Below, in pieces: positions 57,777 to 64,000 of a stretch of DNA of 64,000 nucleotides; the first letter of the stretch is position 1, and the number at the start of each line of letters is the position of its first letter. Under the pieces are notes generated by a model. It was not told the origin of the DNA, searched no databases, and saw only the letters and a program-made list of their open reading frames with translations. Location: the NCBI GenBank assembly GCA_963712995.1, contig CAVQKH010000006.1:16454-80453 (forward strand), given 5' to 3'. This DNA comes from an uncultured Actinomycetota bacterium. GTDB taxonomy: Bacteria; Actinomycetota; Actinomycetes; Mycobacteriales; Pseudonocardiaceae. The translations under genes were made by a program, and so were the position numbers.

Positions 57777-58186
57777 CGGGTGATCGGTGCCTTGCGTTCA
57801 CACGCCTGGCAGGTCCATTCCTTTGCATCAGGGCATGCCACCAACCGCCCCTTCCTACACTCCGAACACTTCTGCCTCGCGACGTAGTAGACGTGGCCAC
57901 CGACACACCGCCAGGGATCGCCCCCGTCCCTGGTGCCGAGCGACCAGCACACCGGACAGAGAGCGCCGTAGTACCTGTGCGCTCCGCAGAACCACACCTC
58001 ACCGTCCTCGCAGACTGCGATCTTCTCGCAGCCCCGGCACTGGTGCCACAGCACCCAGCCATGGGTACCGCATTGCCCGCTGTGTCGCGTCTGCAACGAT
58101 AACTGCTTCTGACATTGCGGCAACGGACACGGGTACGCCGCGCCCGACCTCGACACTCCAGGAACCCTCCAGCCTGGCGCGACCAT
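57773..58186 (-). CDS. Cys-rich multi-zinc-ribbon protein
   Basis: 137 aa with paired cysteines CPLPQC, CRGC, CPVC, CSEC, CQAC; contains a TTA codon (58100-58102); start uncertain. Confidence 0.55.
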   Translation of the reverse strand: MVAPGWRVPGVSRSGAAYPCPLPQCQKQLSLQTRHSGQCGTHGWVLWHQCRGCEKIAVCEDGEVWFCGAHRYYGALCPVCWSLGTRDGGDPWRCVGGHVYYVARQKCSECRKGRLVACPDAKEWTCQACERKAPITR

Positions 58187-58736
58187 CAGAGCACCCGTCG
58201 CGGGCAGGAGAACGGCCGCCTATCAAGTCCCACGCCAGTCACCCCCGTAGAACCATGACCGTATAGGCCAAAGCGTAAGGGCTCCCGCACCGGCTTTAAA
58301 TATAGAGCCTCCATGATGATGCCGTGGGCCCCTATGGTCTCGATTTGGTCGATACAGGCTCACCAGTTCCACCTCGGCGACTCGCCGCACACCGTCACCC
58401 TGCGCGTCGCGGGTGGCCTGTTTACCTCCTACCGGCGTCTACAACGATCGCAGTTGCCGGAGAACGTGGTCTGTACTTCCTGGCACTCTGCCGTGGGCCC
58501 GGTCCGGATACGCGCCATGTCGATCAGACATGGCACGTCGCTCGTGTTGACCGGCGCTCGTTTTGCGGACTAAGCCGTCACCGAGAATGCCGATCTGGGA
58601 TCCGGGATCCGGGTTTGGTCGGCACGGTGACGTGCTCGTCGGCAGGGTGACAAAGCGACCCGGCCGTGTGGTGGTCGGGCATTGGCACGGTGATGGCCGG
58701 ATCTGGGCGTGACAGGGCCCCGATGGAGCGTGTTGA

Positions 58737-59315
58737 TCAGGTTCTCAGGGGAGGGGCCAGAAGGTGGCCGTGGCTGAACGCGCCGATGACCGACCACGGC
58801 GGGTCTGGATAACCGAACAGCTCCCGGTAGCGCAGCGCGACGCCGGCGAGCAAGTTCAACGCGTGCCCGAGCAGCGTGGGCTGCGCCGCCGGGCGGATGA
58901 GCAGCTCCCGATCAATCCGCGTGCAGTGCGCAACCGCGCGCTGGTAGAGCCACCGCGCGTGGTACTCAGGAGCGCGGCGCAGCCAGCGGCGCACCGTGGA
59001 GACCGGCCGGTCCAGCGTGGCCGCGATGGTCCGGAAACCTGACCCGGCGGCCTTGGCGGCCAGCGCGTGCCCGATCACTTCGGTGGCATCGGCGCGCCGG
59101 GCGCTCAGCGCACCGGGCAGCAGGATCTGGGTGGCCCCGCACTCAGCGCAGCGCGCTCGCCGGGGGGTCACCGTCAACGTGGCTGCTCCCAGCCCTCGCA
59201 CGGAGCGAGTGCGGGCGTGTCCGTACGGGCGCAGGGTTCCCGCGCACCCCGGACAGCGCATCGCCCCGGCGAGCAGGCTCTCCTCGGCCCGTTGCGGGCA
59301 GGACACGACGATCAC
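58737..59315 (-). CDS. DUF6431-like protein (zinc ribbon plus HTH; transposon-associated family, from memory)
   Basis: MRCPGCAGTLRPYGHARTRSV...RRARCAECGATQILLPG...RPVSTVRRWLRR. Confidence 0.55.
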   Translation of the reverse strand: MIVVSCPQRAEESLLAGAMRCPGCAGTLRPYGHARTRSVRGLGAATLTVTPRRARCAECGATQILLPGALSARRADATEVIGHALAAKAAGSGFRTIAATLDRPVSTVRRWLRRAPEYHARWLYQRAVAHCTRIDRELLIRPAAQPTLLGHALNLLAGVALRYRELFGYPDPPWSVIGAFSHGHLLAPPLRT

Positions 59316-59832
59316 CGATCGCGACTCCGTTCATGCCGGGGAGGGTTTCCTACCACGCCGCCGCCGGGAAGGGGCCAGTTCGTGTGGCGCGGCGTCGATC
59401 GCGGCGATGTTCGTCACCTCGTTGCCGACGACCATCACCGCCCGCCGGCCCGCCGATCAACCTCGACCCACCGACGCCCTCCGCGCTCGGTCCACGTCGT
59501 CCTCGGCGCGGTGACGGTGCCGATCAAACGCACAGCTCCGACCGAGCCATTGGCATCGTCAACGACGAATCGCTCCCCGATGGTCGCCTTCCGCGATGAC
59601 GTTCAACACGCTCGCAGCCGGAATGAAGAATCTCCGGCGAAGACTGAAATCGGGTACGAGCCAATGCAGCCAACGCGATCGCTGCCGTTGAGTACAGTGA
59701 CCAACCCCGCCCGCCGGTCCGGCCCGCGCGAGCACGGCCGATAGGCCGCGCGCAGCAAGCGGAGCCAGACCGAGCGGGCAGGCGACCTGCGTGCACAGCC
59801 CGACCACGTCCGCTCCGCCGTAGGCGGCGCTC

Positions 59833-60342
59833 TTGATCCCAGAGTCCGGCCGGGGGGAACTGCTGTTAGACGAGTGGTGTCCGTCGGTTGGGACGGCGTG
59901 GTCGGATAGCGGTAACAGGCGAGACCAGCGACAACTCAAGCACCGGGCCAAGGGCGACACCCGCTCAGCTCCCTCTCCCCCAGAACTCACTCAGCTACTT
60001 CACGATCACCTGGCCATGCACGGAACCGATGCCGAGGGCCGACTATTTCGAGGGGTCCGCAGCGGGCGCGAGCTGGAGGAGAGCACCTATCACCGTGTGT
60101 GGCGTAAGGCCCGCCAGGCGGCCCTGACCGCCGAGGAATACGCCTCGCCGCTCGCGCGGCGGCCTTACGACCTCCGCCACGCGGCGGTGTCGACATGGCT
60201 CAACGCAGGCGTGCCAGCCACGCAGGTCGCAGAGTGGGCAGGCCACAGTGTCGCGGTTCTGCTGCAGATCTACGCGAAGTGCCTCTCGGGGCAGGAGGAA
60301 CTGGCTCGGAAGCGAATCGAAGCTCGGTTGCGTGAGGCGTAG
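59833..60342 (+). pseudogene. tyrosine recombinase/integrase, C-terminal catalytic half only
   Basis: LKHRAKGDTRSAPSPPELTQLL, RRPYDLRHAAVSTWLNAGV, WAGHSVAVLLQIYAKC (R, H-x-x-R-like, H, Y catalytic elements); the N-terminal SAM-like and core-binding parts are missing upstream of about 59820. Confidence 0.75.
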
Positions 60343-60380
60343 CAGGTGCGCACTTCGGCACGTATTCGGCACAGACGGCC

Positions 60381-60468
60381 GGTGAATACCGGCCGTAGCT
60401 GGGCACAGCCGGACAGCACCCTGCGGTCGCCTGACCTCATTCACGCAGGTCAGGGGACGATGCGGGTG
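60381..60468. repeat. copy R3 of the dispersed repeat, between integrase and tRNA
   Basis: See R1 and R2. Confidence 0.9.
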
Positions 60469-60477
60469 GTAAGGGCG

Positions 60478-60552
60478 GGTGCCCCCGGTGGGAGTCGAAC
60501 CCACACTGCGGCCCTTTTAAGGGGCCTGCCTCTGCCTTTGGGCTACGGGGGC
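60478..60552 (-). tRNA. tRNA with anticodon UAA (Leu/UUA by anticodon) but a class-I cloverleaf with a 5-nt variable loop
   Basis: Reverse complement GCCCCCG-TA-GCCC-AAAGGCAG-AGGC-A-GGCCC-CTTAAAA-GGGCC-GCAGT-GTGGG-TTCGACT-CCCAC-CGGGGGC-A-CC; perfect acceptor, anticodon and T stems; canonical GGTTCGA T-loop. Confidence 0.85.
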
Positions 60553-60602
60553 GTTCACCTAGGGTAGCCAGGCCACCCGGTGGCGGATCACGAAGTGTCG
60601 GA

Positions 60603-61925
60603 TCACGGGGCGGCGTTGGCGCGGACGAAGTCGGCTTTCGGGTCGTTGATCTGGCCCAGCGACACCACCTCGCGGCGGAACAGCAGGGCAGCGGTCCAGT
60701 CGGCCAGGATACGGACCTTGCGGTTGAACGTCGGCATCCGGCTCAGGTGGTAGGTGCGGTGCATGAACCAGGCCACGAAGCCGGTGAGCCTGATCCCGTA
60801 GATCTCCGCCACCCCGCGGTAGAGGCCCAGGCTGGCCACCGACCCCGCGTACCGGTGCTGGTAGTGCCGCAGGGCGTGGCCGCGGAGGTAGGCGATCACG
60901 TTCTCGGCCAGCACCTCGGCCTGGCGGACGGCGTGCTGCGCTGATGGGCTACAGACTGCGCTCGGGTCCTCGGAGGTCAAGTCGGGCACAGCTGCGCAGT
61001 CCCCGGCGGAGAAGACATCCGGGCAGCCCACCACCTGCAAACTCGCCTGGCAGCGCAGCCGTTTGCGGTCATCCAGTGGCAGATCGGTCTGCTGCAGCAC
61101 CGGGTTGGCCTTCACCCCAGCGGTCCAGACGATGGTGTCGGCGTCGAACTCGGTGCCCTCATCGAGGACCACGTGGCTGTTCTCCATCGTGGTGACCCGG
61201 GTGTTGAGGAAGATCTCGATACCACGCCGGGTCAACCGCTTCACGGTGTAACGGCCCAGCTTCTCGCTGACCTCGGGCATGATCCGGCCGGTGGCCTCGA
61301 CCAGCACCCAGCGCATGTCCTGCGGCTCGACGGTCTCGTAGTACCGGCAGGCGTAGCGGGCCATGTCCTGGAGCTCGGCGAGCACTTCGATCCCCGCGTA
61401 TCCCCCGCCGATCACCAGGAAACTCAGCAGCTTGCGGCGCAGCTGCGCGTCGGTCGTGGCGTCGGCGGCTTCCAGCCGGGACAGTACGTGGTTGCGCAGG
61501 TAGATCGCCTCGCCGATGGTCTTGAAGGCGATGCCGTGCTCGGCGAGCCCGGGGATGGGCAGCGTGCGTGCGATGGAACCCGGCGCCATCACCAGCACGT
61601 CATAGCCGAGCTGCTCGACGTTGCCGGCACAGTTCTCGATGGTGACGATCCGGTGGGCGTGCTCGACTCCGGTGACCCGGCCGCATACGACGTGGCAGCG
61701 CCGCAGCACCCGGCGCAACGGCACGACCACGTGGCGCGGTTCGATCGACCCCGCCGCGGCCTCGGGCAGGAACGGCTGGTAGGTCATCTGCGTCTGCGGA
61801 TCCACCACGGTGATGGACGCATCGCTCTGGCTGAGCTTGGACTGCAGCCCCAGCGCGGTGTACATCCCCACGTAGCCGCCGCCGACGATGAGGATGCGTG
61901 GCGGTTGAGCAGGCACACGATCCAT
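60603..61925 (-). CDS. ndh: type II NADH dehydrogenase (NDH-2)
   Basis: ILIVGGGYVGMY and VIGGGYAGIE dinucleotide-binding motifs; 440 aa. Confidence 0.9.
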   Translation of the reverse strand: MDRVPAQPPRILIVGGGYVGMYTALGLQSKLSQSDASITVVDPQTQMTYQPFLPEAAAGSIEPRHVVVPLRRVLRRCHVVCGRVTGVEHAHRIVTIENCAGNVEQLGYDVLVMAPGSIARTLPIPGLAEHGIAFKTIGEAIYLRNHVLSRLEAADATTDAQLRRKLLSFLVIGGGYAGIEVLAELQDMARYACRYYETVEPQDMRWVLVEATGRIMPEVSEKLGRYTVKRLTRRGIEIFLNTRVTTMENSHVVLDEGTEFDADTIVWTAGVKANPVLQQTDLPLDDRKRLRCQASLQVVGCPDVFSAGDCAAVPDLTSEDPSAVCSPSAQHAVRQAEVLAENVIAYLRGHALRHYQHRYAGSVASLGLYRGVAEIYGIRLTGFVAWFMHRTYHLSRMPTFNRKVRILADWTAALLFRREVVSLGQINDPKADFVRANAAP

Positions 61926-61987
61926 GGCACCAGTATCCCCTTCACCGCCAGGGCGTGCTCGGGCTTTATCGGATGAGCTGGCCGGGA

Positions 61988-62707
61988 TCAGGCGGACCCG
62001 ATCCCGGCCAGCTCAGCCGCGCGGCGCAGCACGGCGACCAGCATCGCCGGGGTGAGCCGGCCGGTGAAGGTGTTCTGCTGGCTGACGTGGTAGCAGCCGA
62101 GCAGGTGCAACCCGTCCAGGGTGACCTCGGTGCCGTGCCCGAAGCGGGGCCGCGGACGGGGCACCGACCAGCCCGCGGCGCTCAGCGCGGGCAGCAGCGC
62201 CTGCCAACCGAACGCGCCGAGCACCACCACCGCCCGCAGCGTGGGGCGCAGCAGTGCCAGCTCGCGGATCAGCCAGGGCCGGCAGGCGTCACGTTCGGCG
62301 GGGGTGGGCTTGTTGGCCGGTGGAGCGCAGTGCACCGGGGCGGTGATCCGGGTGCGGTGCAGCGTCAGCCCGTCACCCCGGTGTGTGGCGAGCGGTCGGT
62401 CCGCCAGACCGACCTCGTGCAGTGCCGCGTAGAGCACGTCCCCGGAGCGGTCCCCAGTGAACATCCGGCCGGTCCGGTTGGCGCCGTGGGCGGCCGGTGC
62501 GAGCCCGACGATGGCCAGCGCGGCGTCCGGCGGTCCGAACCCCGGCACCGGACGCCCCCAGTAGGTCTGGTCACGGTAGGCGGCCCGCTTCTCGCCGGCG
62601 ACCTCCTCCCGCCAGGCCACCAGCCGCGGGCATACCCGGCACCCGGTCACCGCATCGTCCAGCGCCGCCAGCTTCTCGCGTGTCGCGCTCTCCGGCCCGC
62701 AGGACAT
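61988..62707 (-). CDS. udgB: uracil-DNA glycosylase, family 5 (UdgB-type)
   Basis: [23 protein letters not shown] motif (A instead of the family-4 catalytic E); Fe-S cysteines near the N-terminus; HVSQQN near the C-terminus. Confidence 0.85.
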   Translation of the reverse strand: MSCGPESATREKLAALDDAVTGCRVCPRLVAWREEVAGEKRAAYRDQTYWGRPVPGFGPPDAALAIVGLAPAAHGANRTGRMFTGDRSGDVLYAALHEVGLADRPLATHRGDGLTLHRTRITAPVHCAPPANKPTPAERDACRPWLIRELALLRPTLRAVVVLGAFGWQALLPALSAAGWSVPRPRPRFGHGTEVTLDGLHLLGCYHVSQQNTFTGRLTPAMLVAVLRRAAELAGIGSA

Positions 62708-63657
62708 CAGCCGAGGCCGAGTGCGATGCCGTCGAGGATGTCGTGCTCGCTGACCACGAGCTCGGCGATCCCCGCACGGGTGTGCAGCGCCTCGGCGAGC
62801 ACCCGCGCAATGAGCGCCCCGCCGGCGATGACGTCCACCCGTCCGGGATGGATCACGGGATTACCGGCCCGCTGCTGATGCGTCGAGGCCAGCAGGTCCG
62901 CTGCGGCGCCACGCAACTGCTCCAGCGACAGGCGGGACAGGTGGGTGCGCTCGGAATCGTAGGCAGGCAGCCGCTGGGCCACCGCGGACAGCGTGGTGAT
63001 GGTGCCCGCCACCCCGACCCAGGTGCGCGCCTTGTCCACCGGAACATCGGCGAAGGCCTCCTGCAGGGTCTGCGCCGCGAACTGCTCAGCGGCGCTGATC
63101 TCCTCCGGCGTCGCGGGGTCCGAGCGCAAGTGCCGCTCGGTGATCCGGACGCATCCGACGTTCACCGACCGCGCCGCCGTGACCTGCGCACTCCTGCCGT
63201 CCCAGTCACCGAGCACCACCTCGGTGGACCCGCCGCCCACATCGACGACCACGAAGGGCCCGGCAGCCGGATCCAGGTCACCGACCGCGCCGGTGAACGA
63301 CAGCCGCGCCTCCTCATCGCCGGTGATCACCTCGGCATCGGTACCGAGAGTGCTGCGCACCATCCCGAAGAACTCCTCCCGGTTGGCCGCGTCCCGGATC
63401 GCCGAAGTGGCCACCATCCGGACCCGTTCGGTATCCGCGCACCGCGCGGTGACGGCGTAATCGGCCAGCGCCACCCGGGTGCGCTCCAGGGCCTCCGGAG
63501 CCAGCCGACCGGTGGCGTCGACACCCTGACCGAGCCGGACGATGCGCATCTCCCGATGCACGTCGGCGAGCTTGTCAGCACTCAGGTCCGCGACAAGCAA
63601 CCGAATCGAGTTGGTCCCGCAGTCGATCGCGGCCACCCGCACCATGTCCAGCTCCAT
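62707..63657 (-). CDS. ppx: exopolyphosphatase, Ppx/GppA family
   Basis: [31 protein letters not shown]-fold motifs; followed by DUF501, as in mycobacterial ppx2 loci. Confidence 0.9.
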   Translation of the reverse strand: MELDMVRVAAIDCGTNSIRLLVADLSADKLADVHREMRIVRLGQGVDATGRLAPEALERTRVALADYAVTARCADTERVRMVATSAIRDAANREEFFGMVRSTLGTDAEVITGDEEARLSFTGAVGDLDPAAGPFVVVDVGGGSTEVVLGDWDGRSAQVTAARSVNVGCVRITERHLRSDPATPEEISAAEQFAAQTLQEAFADVPVDKARTWVGVAGTITTLSAVAQRLPAYDSERTHLSRLSLEQLRGAAADLLASTHQQRAGNPVIHPGRVDVIAGGALIARVLAEALHTRAGIAELVVSEHDILDGIALGLG

Positions 63658-63716
63658 TCAGCAGACTCAACGGGGCAATCAGGCAGCATATAACCCGCTC
63701 AGACAGCTGAAGGGGA

Positions 63717-64000
63717 TCAGGCGCAGGGGCCGGCGGTCCACCAGGGGGAGAGCTGGGCGAGAACCTCGTCGCCGAAGGGGTTGACGCCGGGGCCGCGGGC
63801 CAGCGCGTGGGCGACGTGAACGTGCAGGCATTTCACCCGGCCCGGCATGCCGCCGGCGCTGACCTGGGTACCCAACGGTTCCAGCGCATCACGCTCGGCC
63901 AGGTAGGACTCGTGCGCGGCCCGGTAGGCGGCAGCGAGCTCGGGATCGGTCGCGAGCCGATCGGTCATCTCCCGCATCGCGCCACTGGCCTCGATCCCCC
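63717..64000 (-). CDS. DUF501 protein (3' part; start lies beyond the window)
   Basis: GGMPGRVKCLHVHVAHALA motif; ORF open to the window edge. Confidence 0.7.
   Translation of the reverse strand, partial: GIEASGAMREMTDRLATDPELAAAYRAAHESYLAERDALEPLGTQVSAGGMPGRVKCLHVHVAHALARGPGVNPFGDEVLAQLSPWWTAGPCA

Larger units (their letters stand above)
55716..60477. mobile_element. remnant of a tRNA-targeting integrative element (truncated integrase, 3-gene cargo)
   Basis: Bounded by the full tRNA (60478-60552) and its 3'-half duplicate (55671-55715) in direct orientation; an integrase fragment sits next to the tRNA. Confidence 0.65.

Noticed and set aside
60478-60552. Reading the tRNA on the plus strand, where the palindromic anticodon arm would give loop UUUUAAG and anticodon UUA (an ochre suppressor)
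   Set aside because: The canonical GGTTCGA T-loop, D-arm position and acceptor/discriminator layout only work on the minus strand. The plus-strand fold has no valid T arm.

Overview
High-G+C actinobacterial chromosome window. Mycothiol amidase Mca is present, and the gene order cbs, metB, greA, DUF4307, mca, small membrane protein, DUF255 thioredoxin-like protein, uppS, phoH2 resembles, from memory, the M. tuberculosis Rv1077-Rv1095 neighbourhood. The window has three parts. (i) 1-23.5 kb holds densely packed, intact core genes. They include an NAD-type formate dehydrogenase operon whose catalytic subunit carries an in-frame TGA followed by a SECIS-like hairpin (selenocysteine). Its Fe-S N-terminal module is a separate gene placed downstream of the NuoE/F-like subunit. 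(ii) About 23.5-60.5 kb is a mosaic accessory region with fluctuating and often visibly lower G+C (not computed), ending at a tRNA gene. It contains an intact membrane-anchored STAND NTPase with 14 WD40 repeats and two diverged copies of an alpha/beta-hydrolase + XRE/TPR regulator + small-ORF module. It also contains a decayed defence-type cluster (HsdR-N-like nuclease, GHKL ATPase, DUF4145, TIR, Mrr-like start), all frameshifted or truncated, an IS66-family element and a frameshifted large serine recombinase. The last ~4.8 kb is an integrase-associated element bounded by a ~45-nt duplicate of the tRNA 3' half. (iii) 60.6-64 kb returns to core genes (ndh, udgB, ppx, DUF501). The most anomalous raw-sequence signals are three. 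One is a 1.25 kb block made only of A108-T293-(AT-only palindromic repeats, 499 nt)-A349 that truncates two convergent genes. The second is a separate A57 tract. The third is a well-folded tRNA with anticodon UAA but a short, class-I variable loop. All functional calls come from reading the translated ORFs and remembered family motifs; no database search was possible.
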